32,000 nucleotides of DNA from an uncultured Planctomycetia bacterium. Lineage in GTDB: Bacteria > Planctomycetota > Planctomycetia > Isosphaerales > Isosphaeraceae. Under the pieces are notes generated by a model that saw only the letters and a program-made list of their open reading frames with translations, was not told the origin of the DNA and ran no database searches. The position numbers and the translations under genes are program-made. The stretch's first letter is position 1; each line of letters begins with the position of its first letter. The stretch covers positions 32,871-64,870 of the forward strand of contig CAZSSM010000005.1 in assembly GCA_964609385.1 (NCBI GenBank). Reading direction: 5' to 3'. This document shows positions 18,049-26,986 of this stretch, piece after piece.

Positions 18049-20103
18049 ATGAGTCCAACGATGAAATCCCAACGCACGATCCTCCAGCGTCTCGACTGTC
18101 GCATCGGCAGGTTCTTCCGCGAGCATGGTGTTAATTGGCTCGTGTTTCTCGTGGTCTATGGCGTTTTGGTGCTCGGCTACGGGTGGGTTGGCTACACGCT
18201 CTTCAACGATGCGGGGGAGCAGTCGGCATCGCCTTTGGACAACCTCTACCAGACTCTCCAATTGTTCGTCCTGGAGTCGCCCGAGACGGCCAAGAACGTG
18301 CCGATTTGGCTCGACTTGGCACGATACCTCGCGGCGTTCTTCTCGTTCGCGACCATCCTCAGTTTGCTGAGCGTCGCCTTCTCGGACACGTACCACATGT
18401 TGAGGCTCCGCGTGTTGGGAAACCGGCACGTCGTGCTCTGTGGGCTTGGGGAGCGCGGTGTGAAGTTCGTGGAGCGACTCCGTCTTGACGAGCGATTCGT
18501 CGTCGTCATTGAACCCGATGGAAATCACGCCGACCTGCCGCTCTGCCGGTCGTTGGGTGCGGAGGTGCTAATCGGGTCGCCCAACGAGCGGTTCCTGCTC
18601 CGACGCGCGCGGGTCCAGTTCGCCGAGGCCTTGCTGGCCCTTTTCGGCGAGGAGGATCGTCGGAACGTCGAGATCGCTGTCCGTGCCTTCGAGATCAAGC
18701 GGGACCACCATCAGTCCCTTGGGCAGGACGACGGAAAGCCACGCCCCAGGTTCCGCGTCGGTCATCGGCGCGTTGACGCTCCTGTGGCCGGCAAGAGCGG
18801 TCCGAAAGACCGAGACCACCTCGCTTGCGTCCTCCAGATCGCCGATACCGACCTCGTCAACGTTGTGAGAAAGCACGATATTTACAAAAACGTGAGCGAT
18901 CGCTTCGACCTCGAGATCTTCAATATGTACGACGCCTGTGCACGCTCGATGCTCCGTGAGGCGTTCGTCCAGCATGAGGGCAAGCGTCCCACCCACATGA
19001 TGGTCGTGGGTCTGGGCCAGTATGGGCGGCTAGGGGAGACTCTCATCCTCCGTGCTGCCAAGGACCGGCATGTGCTCGAGAGCAACGCGATCGGCAAACT
19101 CCGCATCGATGTGGTTGATGAGGATGCCGAGCGGACCATTGAGGAACTCCGCGCGAAGTACCCCGAACTCGACGAACTGGTCGACCTCCGCTCGCTCCCG
19201 TACCGTCACGATGACCCGCATTTTCTTCGAAGAACCTATCATCCCAACGTCTCGGGCCCGGCCGATGCCTTAGACGGCAGTTGCCCGCAAGCGGCGTTTG
19301 TGTGTGTCCCGGACGAAGCCGAGGCCCTGGCCACCGCCGACCACCTTTGCAAAACGTTGCCTAACTGGGTCCCAGTGATCGTCCGGACCCTCGAGCGCGA
19401 CGCCGGTCTCGGATCGCTGATCGATCGACAGTTTCAGGATGAGGATCGGGGCGAAGAGGACAACGACGTCATTCCCATCGGGCTCAAGGATCTCGTCTTC
19501 CAGCTTGCCGACGACCTTCAGCCCGAACTCGACATCCTGGCGCGGGCGGTCCACCACGTCTACATCGAGAACGAGCGCAGGAAAGGTCCGCGCCCCGAGA
19601 ACGAAAAGCCAGCCCTCCGGTTCTGGGACAGGCTTCCCGAAACCTACCGAGACTCCAGTCGTGCCCAGGCCGAGGATCTCTTCCGAAAGCTGAAACAGAT
19701 CCATTGCCACGTTGTTTGCGTCCCCGATCGGTTCCCAACGGTCCTCAGACTCGACGACCGTGAGGTCGAGACGCTCGCCCGCGACGAGCACCTCCGCTGG
19801 CTCCGCGAGCGGTTCGACGCCGGATGGCGATTCGGGACGACGCGCGACAACGATAAGCTGCTACACCCCAACATCCTTCCTTGGGACGAGGCCCAGTACC
19901 AGGAAATTCGCGGCTTCTATCCCGGTGTTCCTCAAGAACACCTCGATGAGTCCGACAAAGGAATCGACCGCGAACAGGTGAAACGACTCCCAGAGATCCT
20001 CGCCCTAGCCGACTACGAAGTCCGCCGCGGCACGCCTCCCAATGCCTCGAGCAAGATCAACGGTGCACTTCGGCCCGAGAACGCAACCCATACAACGATC
20101 TGA
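18049..20103 (+). CDS. Channel-like 2-TM membrane module + two TrkA-N/RCK-type NAD-binding domains + C-terminal RyR-like repeats (684 aa)
   Basis: TM1 is WLVFLVVYGVLVLGYGWVGY. A pore-helix-like segment PLDNLYQTLQLFVLESPE carries no TVGYG filter. TM2 is YLAAFFSFATILSLLSVAF. Rossmann 1 is HVVLCGLGERGVKFVERL and Rossmann 2 is HMMVVGLGQYGRLGETLI. The C-terminus has LARAVHHVYIENERRKG...FWDRLPETYRDSSRAQAEDL and LARDEHLRWLRERFDAGWRFGTTRDNDKLLHPNILPWDE...ESDKGIDREQV, which matches the RyR-domain consensus pattern. The alternative start MKSQRT at 18061 is also possible. Confidence 0.7.
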   Translation: MSPTMKSQRTILQRLDCRIGRFFREHGVNWLVFLVVYGVLVLGYGWVGYTLFNDAGEQSASPLDNLYQTLQLFVLESPETAKNVPIWLDLARYLAAFFSFATILSLLSVAFSDTYHMLRLRVLGNRHVVLCGLGERGVKFVERLRLDERFVVVIEPDGNHADLPLCRSLGAEVLIGSPNERFLLRRARVQFAEALLALFGEEDRRNVEIAVRAFEIKRDHHQSLGQDDGKPRPRFRVGHRRVDAPVAGKSGPKDRDHLACVLQIADTDLVNVVRKHDIYKNVSDRFDLEIFNMYDACARSMLREAFVQHEGKRPTHMMVVGLGQYGRLGETLILRAAKDRHVLESNAIGKLRIDVVDEDAERTIEELRAKYPELDELVDLRSLPYRHDDPHFLRRTYHPNVSGPADALDGSCPQAAFVCVPDEAEALATADHLCKTLPNWVPVIVRTLERDAGLGSLIDRQFQDEDRGEEDNDVIPIGLKDLVFQLADDLQPELDILARAVHHVYIENERRKGPRPENEKPALRFWDRLPETYRDSSRAQAEDLFRKLKQIHCHVVCVPDRFPTVLRLDDREVETLARDEHLRWLRERFDAGWRFGTTRDNDKLLHPNILPWDEAQYQEIRGFYPGVPQEHLDESDKGIDREQVKRLPEILALADYEVRRGTPPNASSKINGALRPENATHTTI

Positions 20104-20113
20104 CAACCACGAA

Positions 20114-20139
20114 GCTCGGCACCAGGTTCCTCGCCGAGC
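20114..20139 (+). terminator. Weak hairpin downstream of the 18049-20103 gene
   Basis: GCTCGGC (20114-20120) pairs with GCCGAGC (20133-20139) around a 12-nt loop, starting 11 nt after the stop. There is no U-tract, so intrinsic-terminator status is doubtful. Confidence 0.25.
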
Positions 20140-20178
20140 AAGTTGGGACCGAAGCGTCTCCGCGATGAAGTTCGGGTT

Positions 20179-20198
20179 AAAATGACGCGCGTCATTTT
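20179..20198. promoter_or_regulatory. Operator O1: perfect 20-bp palindrome AAAATGACGCGCGTCATTTT (core ATGAC-N4-GTCAT)
   Basis: Perfect dyad symmetry read directly from the sequence. It lies about 100 nt upstream of the tetR-family gene. Confidence 0.6.
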
Positions 20199-20204
20199 CG
20201 CTTC

Positions 20205-20233
20205 TTGACGACGAATGGCGCGCGTCATATGAT
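20205..20233 (+). promoter_or_regulatory. Sigma70-like tetR promoter (TTGACG-17 nt-TATGAT) with operator O2 (ATGGCGCGCGTCAT, 20215-20228) in the spacer
   Basis: TTGACG at 20205-20210, a 17-nt spacer, then TATGAT at 20228-20233. The near-palindrome ATGGC-GCGC-GTCAT occupies the spacer and overlaps the first base of the -10 hexamer. This is the classic autorepression geometry for TetR-family repressors. Confidence 0.55.
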
Positions 20234-20300
20234 CTCAAAGCTTGGAGGTCGTGCCGCTGGTTGAACGACCTCAGGGTTGGACTGGTTGCGTGTGAGGTCG

Positions 20301-20942
20301 ATGCGTTACCCACCGGGTCAGAAAGCGCGGACGCGGGAGGCGATCGTCGAGGCGGCGGGGCAGATGTTCCGCGAGCGCGGCTATCGTGCCAGCAACATTC
20401 GGGGGGTCATGCAGCAGGCCGGCCTGACCGTCGGCGGGTTCTACAACCACTTCGAGTCGAAAGAGGACCTGCTCGCGGCAACCTTACCGCACATCGTTCA
20501 CGTCTCTCAGGAGATGCATCGTCAAGGGATCGATCAGCTCCCCCCACGCGAATGGTTGCGGGTAGTCATCGATCGCTACCTGAGCCACGAGCATCTAGAA
20601 CTGCTCCGTCAAGGGCTCGGTTGTCCGATGCCGGCGATCACTTCAGAGATCGCTCGGGAGAGTCGAGAGACCCGCGCCGTCTTCGAAAACGAATTTCGGG
20701 CGTCCAGCAAGGTGTATGCCGACAAACTCCGCGAATGTGATCCCGGTCTGAGCGAAGAGGAAGCGCTGGATCGGGTCATCGCCACCTTCGGCCTGCTCAA
20801 AGGTGGGGCGACGTTGGCCAGCGCGGTGGCCGACCACGACTTCTGCGATCGGATCCTCAAGGCCTGCCGCGAGATGGCCTATCAGCAGATTCCGCCCGAG
20901 ATGCCGATCGACGACTCCGAAGGCGAATCCGGCTGTCGCTGA
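20301..20942 (+). CDS. TetR/AcrR-family transcriptional repressor
   Basis: N-terminal HTH is ARTREAIVEAAGQMFRERGYRASNIRGVMQQAGLTVGGFYNHFESKEDLL. I prefer ATG 20301, with GAGG 5 nt upstream. The longest ORF starts at TTG 20277. The gene sits directly upstream of an RND efflux operon. Confidence 0.9.
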   Translation: MRYPPGQKARTREAIVEAAGQMFRERGYRASNIRGVMQQAGLTVGGFYNHFESKEDLLAATLPHIVHVSQEMHRQGIDQLPPREWLRVVIDRYLSHEHLELLRQGLGCPMPAITSEIARESRETRAVFENEFRASSKVYADKLRECDPGLSEEEALDRVIATFGLLKGGATLASAVADHDFCDRILKACREMAYQQIPPEMPIDDSEGESGCR

Positions 20943-21121
20943 TAACCGGCCATCCGAGGTCGTCTCTCGACCCGGTGAGCTTGCACCACATCCCAAGTGC
21001 TCAACGTCCTGTTTCGAGCAATCGACGATCCGTCCTGTCCGTTCTTGTTGTCCTTTCCCCAATCACTCTCCGCCCGATCGGTCGCCCTCGAGGCCCCGGT
21101 CGTTTTTTCATGGCCCATAAA

Positions 21122-21135
21122 ATGACAAGCGTCAT
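21122..21135. promoter_or_regulatory. Operator O3: ATGAC-AAGC-GTCAT upstream of the efflux operon
   Basis: It has the same half-sites and spacing as O1 and O2, and shares the extended left flank TAAAATGAC with O1. It overlaps a possible -10 hexamer TAAAAT (21118-21123). It lies 43 nt upstream of the adaptor-gene ATG at 21178. Confidence 0.5.
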
Positions 21136-21177
21136 CACAAGGGCCGTAGTCCCTCCGATTTGTGGAGTCGCGAACCG

Positions 21178-22695
21178 ATGTCGAGTGCCTTGGATGTGAA
21201 CACGGCGATGCCGACCTCGGCGGTGGAACCGTCGTCGACGATCCGGCCGCGTCGCAGTCCATCGTCGCCAAACTTGGGCGGTTCGAAGGGGACGAGGCTG
21301 GATCGGCGACGCGGATCGCTGCTCCGGATCACCCTGGCGACTCTGGGACTGCTCGGCGGTCTCGCCGCATTGATCGTGGCGGGCCTGAGTGTCGCGGGTT
21401 CCGGTCCGGCCCCGGTCGCCGAGCCACCCGCGCCGGCGATGACCGTGACGACCGCGTCGGTTCGCTTCGAGCCCGGATTTTCGATGCGTCGCCCGTTCGT
21501 CGGTCAGGTCGAGCCGGCGCGCGATAGCGACTTGGGTTTCGAACGAGCCGGTCTCGTCGTGGCTGTTCTGGTCGACGAGGGCGATCGGGTCGAGAGGAAT
21601 CAGGAGGTGGCTCGGCTCGATACCCGCGACCTCGAATCGCGACGCGCTGAGCTGGTCGCCCAACGCGCCCAAGCTTCCGCCGTCCTGGCCGAGTTGGTCA
21701 AAGGTCCGAGGGACGAAGTGATCGCCGCGGCCGAGGCCGAAGTGAATCGCTGGACCGCCGAGCACGCCCGCCAGCAACTGGCCGCACGACGGTCCCAGAT
21801 GCTCTTCAAACAGCAGGTCATCAGCGATCGGGAGTGGGACGAGGCGCGTTTGATCGAGGAATCGACCGAGGCGCAGCGGATTGCCGCCCAGGCCCGACTC
21901 GCCGAACTCCGCAACGGGACCCGGCCCGAGCAGATCGCCGCCCAACGCGCCCAGGTCGTCGGGCTCGACGCCCAGATCGCCACCATCGACGTCGCCCTCG
22001 ATAAGTCGATTCTTCGAGCCCCGTTCAATGGTACGATCGCCCAACGTCAGATCGACGAAGGTGAGGTCTTGGACGCCGGTCGCGCCGTCGTCACGCTCCA
22101 GGAGACCGATCGGTTCGATGTCCGAATTGGAGTGGCCGGCGATGCCTTGGAGACCCTAAAGGTCGGCCAGGCTCATCCCTTGACCATCCGCGAGACCACG
22201 CACCAGGCTACCGTCTGGGCCATCCGACCCGATCGCGATCGACGGACCCGGACGGTCACCGTCCTGTTCCGCCTCAACCAGCCTGATCCTCGGCTCCGAT
22301 CCGGCGATCTGGCCACGCTGTCACTCAACTGGCACGTCGAGGAACAGGGCTTCTGGATCCCGGTCGATGCCTTGGTCGAGGGGGTCCGAGGACTCTGGTC
22401 CTGCTATGTCGCGACCGAGTTGAATGACTCCGACAACGTCGAGCCGCTCCGACCGGGTGCCTCGCATCGCTTGACGCGTCGGAGCCTAGAGCGGATCCAC
22501 CAGTCCGGATCGGAGGTCTTCGTTCGCGGCGAACTGGAGCTGGGCGACCGCGTCGTCGTCGACGGCGTCCATCGACTCGTGCCGGACCAAGACGTGTTGG
22601 TCGTCGAGACTGGTGCCGAAGCGGGAGATGTTGCGGCTCGTTCTGTGGCTCCGCTGTCGATGCGGACGTCGAACGGTGGGAGGATCGATCGATGA
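21178..22695 (+). CDS. Efflux RND periplasmic adaptor (membrane fusion protein, HlyD/AcrA family)
   Basis: N-terminal anchor is LATLGLLGGLAALIVAGL. Lipoyl/barrel motifs are GFERAGLVVAVLVDEGDRV and LRAPFNGTIAQRQIDEGEV. A coiled-coil hairpin is present (LESRRAELVAQRAQASAVLAEL...). ATG 21178 has GGAG 10 nt upstream; the ORF-track start at 21160 is a TTG. The stop overlaps the RND start (ATGA at 22692-22695). Confidence 0.9.
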   Translation: MSSALDVNTAMPTSAVEPSSTIRPRRSPSSPNLGGSKGTRLDRRRGSLLRITLATLGLLGGLAALIVAGLSVAGSGPAPVAEPPAPAMTVTTASVRFEPGFSMRRPFVGQVEPARDSDLGFERAGLVVAVLVDEGDRVERNQEVARLDTRDLESRRAELVAQRAQASAVLAELVKGPRDEVIAAAEAEVNRWTAEHARQQLAARRSQMLFKQQVISDREWDEARLIEESTEAQRIAAQARLAELRNGTRPEQIAAQRAQVVGLDAQIATIDVALDKSILRAPFNGTIAQRQIDEGEVLDAGRAVVTLQETDRFDVRIGVAGDALETLKVGQAHPLTIRETTHQATVWAIRPDRDRRTRTVTVLFRLNQPDPRLRSGDLATLSLNWHVEEQGFWIPVDALVEGVRGLWSCYVATELNDSDNVEPLRPGASHRLTRRSLERIHQSGSEVFVRGELELGDRVVVDGVHRLVPDQDVLVVETGAEAGDVAARSVAPLSMRTSNGGRIDR

Positions 22696-25600
22696 GCGAA
22701 TCACCGACTCGTCGAGGCCCGCTGTTCTATCGCAACACCCATCTGCTCGCGCTCAGCCTCGTGATCCTGATGGTGGCCGGACTGTCGGCTCTGGGCTCGT
22801 TGCCGAGGTTGGAGGACCCCCGGCTCAGGAACCGGAACCCCTTGATCCTCACGACCTTCCCAGGCGCCTCGGCCGAGCGCGTTGAGGCCTTGGTCTCCGA
22901 GCCGATCGAGGAAGGTCTGGACGAGATCGACGAGATCAAGCGGATCGAGACGACCTCGCGGGTGGGCGTCTCGGTGGTGGCCTTGGAATTTCAGGACAGC
23001 GTGATCGATGTCGACCGGGTCGTCGCCAAGGTTCGGGACAAGCTCGGTGAGGTCGAGCTGCCCGAGGGGACCAGCGAGCCGACCGTCGACGACCAGCGCG
23101 GCGCAGCGGCCTTCACCCGAATCGTCGGCTTGACCTGGAGGAGCGAGGGAACGCCGCCCTTGGGTCTGCTGGGGCGGCTCGCCGAGGAATTGGCCGATCG
23201 GCTCCGCGCGATCCCGGGCACCGAATTGGTCCGCGTCTACGGCGAGACCGAGGAGGAGATCACCGTCACGATCGACCCGGAAGAGATGGCCGCGATGGGT
23301 CTGACCGGGGATCAAGTCTCTTCCAGGATCGCGCAGGCCGATGCGAAGTCACCGGCCGGCCTCTATCGCGGCGAGCGGTCCGACCTGACCCTGGAGGTGG
23401 CCGGCGAACTGGACTCGCTGTCCCGCGTCGCGGCGATCCCGATCCGCGACGCCGAGATGGGGCCGATCGTCCGGCTCGGCGACATCGCCGAGATCCAGAA
23501 GCGCTGGACCGATCCGCCTCGCGAGGTCGCGCTCATCCAGGGCGATCGCGGGATCATGGTCGCCGCGCGGGTCGGTGACGGCTACCGCGCCGACGTCTGG
23601 ACGGTCGAGGCCGATCGGGTCGTCGAGGAGTTCGCCTCGACCTATGCGACCTACGAAGGTGGCATCCAGGTCAGGGAAGTCTTCGACCAGAACCGCTACA
23701 CCATGGCCCGGCTCACCGGCCTGCTCAGCAACCTGGTCACCGGCGCCATCGTGGTGATGCTGGTCGTCCTGCTGACGATGGGCTGGCGATCGAGCCTGTT
23801 GGTCGGCCTGGCCCTACCCCTGACCATGTCGTCGGTTCTCTTCGGATTGGCTTTGTTGGGGTTCCCGATCCATCAGATGTCGATCTTTGGCATGATCATC
23901 GCGCTGGGCCTGCTGATCGATAACGCGATCGTGGTCGTCGACGAGGTCCGTTCGCGACTCAAACAGGGTCAGAGCCCTCCAGAGGCCGTTTCCCAGACGA
24001 TCGATCACCTTAAGGTGCCGCTGGGTAGTTCGACACTGACGACGATCCTGGCCTTCATGCCGATCGTCTTGCTCAACGGCAACGTGGGCGAGTTCATCGG
24101 CACGATCTCGGTGAGCGTGATCCTGGCGGTGTCGGCCTCGTTGTTCATCTCCTTGACGATGATCGCGGCATTAGCGGGTCGGTTCGGTGGCCCTTCGGCC
24201 GATTCCCGAGGCCCCACCTGGCTCCGGACCGGTCTGACGATCCCGCCGCTGGCTCGGGGCTTCGAACGGCTCGTCGATGCGGCGGTCCGTCACCCGATCG
24301 CGGCGATCATCGTGGTCGCCTCGGTCCCGGCGACCGGCTTCGGCCTGGCCAGCACGTTGGACGACCAGTTCTTTCCAGGCGCCGACCGCGACCAGTTCCA
24401 CATCCGGATGTGGCTCAGTAGCCACGCCTCGATCGATCGGACCGTTGAAGTGGCCCAAAGCGTCGAGCGGGTCGTCCGCGACCACGAGGAGGTCGAGGAG
24501 GTCTATTGGCTGGTCGGCGGCAGCATCCCGTCGGTCTATTACAATATGCTCATGAACCAGGACGACCAGCCGGCTTATGCCCAGGCGGTGATCCGCGCCG
24601 ACTCGGCCGAGGCGGTCCGCCGCCTGATCCCTGAGCTTCAGCGGGAGCTGGACTTCGCCTTCCCCGGTGCGCGGGCGGTGGTCTTGCAATTGGGCCAGGG
24701 TCCGCCGATCGAGGCCCCGGTCGAGTTGCGGATCTACGGCTCGAGCCTCGATCGGCTCCGCGAGTTGGGCGATCGGGTCCGCCGAGTCATGGCAACCTTG
24801 CCCGAGTTCACCCACTCGCTGGCCAGCATCCAAGGGGGCGAGCCGAAACTTTGGGTCGACGCCGACGAGGATCAGGTCCGCCTGGCCGGTCTGACCCTCG
24901 ACGACGTGGCGCGTCAGCTCCGCGACGACCTGGAGGGCCGGACCGGTGGCTCGATTTTGGAGCAGGTCGAGGACCTGCCGGTCCGCGTCCGGTTCGGCGA
25001 TGCGCGGCGGGCCGATATGGACCGGATCGCCTCGACCAACCTGAGTGCTCCAGCGACCGACGACTGGATCCCGCTGACGGCCCTCGGCGAACTCGATCTG
25101 CGGCCCCAACTAGGTGGGATCACCCGAGACGACGGCGTCCGCTGCAATTACTTGCGGGCCTACCTGGTGGCTGGAACGCTGCCCCCGGAGGCGACCCAGC
25201 ACCTCATGGAAGCGCTTGAGGCCGACGGCTTCGAATTGCCACCGGGCTATCGGATGGCCATCGGTGGTGATGCCGAAGAGTCCAGTGAAGCGATCGCCAA
25301 CCTGGCCACCTATGTGCCGGTCTTAGCCGTCCTGATGGTCGCCACCGTCGTGCTCTCGTTCCGGTCGTTCTTGCTGGCCGGCCTGCTCGGCGGCGTGGCG
25401 TTCATGTCGATCGGCCTGGGGATGCTGGCCCTCTGGTTCTCGGGATTCCCCTTGGGGTTCAACCCGATCATCGGCACGGCCGGCCTGATCGGGGTGGCCA
25501 TCAACGACAGCATCGTTGTCTTGGCCGCCTTGCGGGCCAACCCCCGCGCCGCCGCCGGCGACGTCTCGGCGATCGTTGAAGAAACCTTGGGCTGTACCCG

Positions 25601-25916
25601 GCACGTCCTCTCAACGACCTTCACGACCGTCGGCGGGTTCCTCCCCTTGATCCTCTCGGGAGGCGCCTTCTGGCCCCCGTTGGCCGTCGTCATCGCCGGC
25701 GGTGTCTTGGGAGCGACCTTCGTCGCTCTGATCTTCATCCCTGCCGGCTATAAGCTCCTGGCCCGTTGGGTCGAACCCTCAGCCGACGATGACGCGGACG
25801 AACCCGAATCCGACCTCTCTCTCGAAGACGATTCGGCCGGTCTCGGGTTCGACCAGAGGAGCGACTCGGACCAGGACCCGTTCGAACTCCATGTGACCCG
25901 GTACGCTACTCACTGA
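22692..25916 (+). CDS. RND efflux transporter permease (AcrB/CzcA superfamily, 1074 aa)
   Basis: 12-TM, two-large-loop layout. Characteristic motifs are SIFGMIIALGLLIDNAIVVVDEV and GLIGVAINDSIVVLAAL. It is translationally coupled to the adaptor gene. It ends in an unusual acidic tail (SADDDADEPESDLSLEDDS...). Confidence 0.95.
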   Translation: MSESPTRRGPLFYRNTHLLALSLVILMVAGLSALGSLPRLEDPRLRNRNPLILTTFPGASAERVEALVSEPIEEGLDEIDEIKRIETTSRVGVSVVALEFQDSVIDVDRVVAKVRDKLGEVELPEGTSEPTVDDQRGAAAFTRIVGLTWRSEGTPPLGLLGRLAEELADRLRAIPGTELVRVYGETEEEITVTIDPEEMAAMGLTGDQVSSRIAQADAKSPAGLYRGERSDLTLEVAGELDSLSRVAAIPIRDAEMGPIVRLGDIAEIQKRWTDPPREVALIQGDRGIMVAARVGDGYRADVWTVEADRVVEEFASTYATYEGGIQVREVFDQNRYTMARLTGLLSNLVTGAIVVMLVVLLTMGWRSSLLVGLALPLTMSSVLFGLALLGFPIHQMSIFGMIIALGLLIDNAIVVVDEVRSRLKQGQSPPEAVSQTIDHLKVPLGSSTLTTILAFMPIVLLNGNVGEFIGTISVSVILAVSASLFISLTMIAALAGRFGGPSADSRGPTWLRTGLTIPPLARGFERLVDAAVRHPIAAIIVVASVPATGFGLASTLDDQFFPGADRDQFHIRMWLSSHASIDRTVEVAQSVERVVRDHEEVEEVYWLVGGSIPSVYYNMLMNQDDQPAYAQAVIRADSAEAVRRLIPELQRELDFAFPGARAVVLQLGQGPPIEAPVELRIYGSSLDRLRELGDRVRRVMATLPEFTHSLASIQGGEPKLWVDADEDQVRLAGLTLDDVARQLRDDLEGRTGGSILEQVEDLPVRVRFGDARRADMDRIASTNLSAPATDDWIPLTALGELDLRPQLGGITRDDGVRCNYLRAYLVAGTLPPEATQHLMEALEADGFELPPGYRMAIGGDAEESSEAIANLATYVPVLAVLMVATVVLSFRSFLLAGLLGGVAFMSIGLGMLALWFSGFPLGFNPIIGTAGLIGVAINDSIVVLAALRANPRAAAGDVSAIVEETLGCTRHVLSTTFTTVGGFLPLILSGGAFWPPLAVVIAGGVLGATFVALIFIPAGYKLLARWVEPSADDDADEPESDLSLEDDSAGLGFDQRSDSDQDPFELHVTRYATH

Positions 25917-25934
25917 CCCCTGGACTGTTCGAAA

Positions 25935-25991
25935 GGCGGAGGCCTCGACCCCAAGGGATCACTGGGGCGAGGTCTCCGCCTCTTTCTTTCC
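25935..25991. terminator. Long GC-rich hairpin between convergent genes (probable bidirectional intrinsic terminator)
   Basis: GGCGGAGGCCTCGACCCCA (25935-25953) pairs with TGGGGCGAGGTCTCCGCC (25963-25980), with one bulge and one G-U pair, around a ~9-nt loop. On the + strand it is followed by TCTTTCTTTCC. On the opposite strand the hairpin is followed by TTTCGAA. Confidence 0.6.
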
Positions 25992-26047
25992 GATCTCACC
26001 GATTCGCTTGCTCGTCTCGCGAGATTCCCCAAGCGTTTCCAAACCAA

Positions 26048-26986
26048 TCAGGTCCAAGGAAACGCGAACGGCATCGAGCCTCCCGGCTTGCCGAAGACGA
26101 TGACGTCGGTCGCGATCGGGAAGCGATACTGCTGTTCCTCGGGGTGGAAACAGGAATTGAGATAGCCTGAGGTCTCAGGTGCGGCCCGGAGCTGTTCGAG
26201 CGAGATCGCGTCGTCGAAGGCACAGCGCTGGAGGTATCCTTCCAGGACATCGAGCCGATCGGCCTCAACAACCCCTTCGTAGTGCAACGTCCGGACCTGG
26301 TGCTCCACGCCGAGACGGTCGAGGCCATCGCGGATCTGCTCGGCCGAGAGGTACGGAGTCCCCTGCCCGTCGCGAAACACCTTTAGGTAGTGCCGATAGA
26401 ATTGCAGATAGTGGGCCTGCTCGTTGGCGTGGCCGATGACGGCGAGGCCGTCGGCCTTGAGGACATCGAGGAGCCGCTCCAACCCGACTTGCAAATCCTC
26501 AGGCGGCACGCAGTAGATGGCATGGGTGGCCCAGATCAGGTCGTAGGTCTCGGCCGGGGCCTGAAGATCCTGGATCGTCACGCAAAGCTCAGCACCAGGT
26601 TGAAACGGTGGTTGGAGCTTGCCCTTGGCCTCTTGGATCGAGAACGGCGCCGGGTCGAGCAGATCGTACTCGACCACGAGGCCTTCGTCGCTCAGAGCAG
26701 GGACATCGGTATGGAGCAGCAGGGCGCGGGGGAACTGCCCACTCCCGCAGGCGACATCGAGGAGCCGTAACCGGTCCGAGTCCGAGTCACCTTCAGTATC
26801 CGCTTCGTTGCGATCAGCCAACGTGTGGAGCAGGCGAGACCAGTCGGCCACGCCGGCCAGTTGGCGATAGTCCTCGGTGGCGAGTTGATAGAAGGCCTCC
26901 ATCTCGCGACGACCGCGCTCGCTCCAGTGATCGCAACTGCGCTGGAAGGTGTCGCCCGGGGCGGGCTGAGATCCGGGGGTCGTCAT
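26048..26986 (-). CDS. Class I SAM-dependent methyltransferase (unknown substrate)
   Basis: SAM motif I is LLDVACGSGQFPRAL. Post-I/II-like segments are YDLLDP and YDLIWATHAIYCV, and LKADGLAVIGH is also present. The ATG at 26986 overlaps the stop of the upstream dioxygenase gene (ATGA). Confidence 0.8.
   Translation of the reverse strand: MTTPGSQPAPGDTFQRSCDHWSERGRREMEAFYQLATEDYRQLAGVADWSRLLHTLADRNEADTEGDSDSDRLRLLDVACGSGQFPRALLLHTDVPALSDEGLVVEYDLLDPAPFSIQEAKGKLQPPFQPGAELCVTIQDLQAPAETYDLIWATHAIYCVPPEDLQVGLERLLDVLKADGLAVIGHANEQAHYLQFYRHYLKVFRDGQGTPYLSAEQIRDGLDRLGVEHQVRTLHYEGVVEADRLDVLEGYLQRCAFDDAISLEQLRAAPETSGYLNSCFHPEEQQYRFPIATDVIVFGKPGGSMPFAFPWT

Noticed and set aside
17798-18052. 84-aa plus-strand ORF whose stop overlaps the ATG at 18049 (ATGA), a possible leader peptide/uORF
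   Set aside because: Third-position GC is about half A/T, far from the local coding pattern. The sequence has no recognisable features, and the putative promoter at 17864-17892 lies inside it. I treat it as part of the 5' leader.
17884-18528. 214-aa minus-strand ORF overlapping the 5' end of the channel-like gene
   Set aside because: It is antisense to the TM-helix-encoding part of the 684-aa gene. Its acidic/Arg-rich composition is what the complement of hydrophobic codons is expected to give.
21001-22044. 347-aa minus-strand ORF overlapping the tetR-adaptor spacer and the adaptor gene
   Set aside because: It is antisense to a clearly recognisable HlyD/AcrA-family adaptor. Its composition is low-complexity (G/R/D/L-rich) and it has no motifs.
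24171-25109. 312-aa minus-strand ORF inside the RND permease gene
   Set aside because: It is an antisense shadow of a 1074-aa RND transporter with canonical motifs. It is Arg/Asp/Gly-rich with no domain signature.
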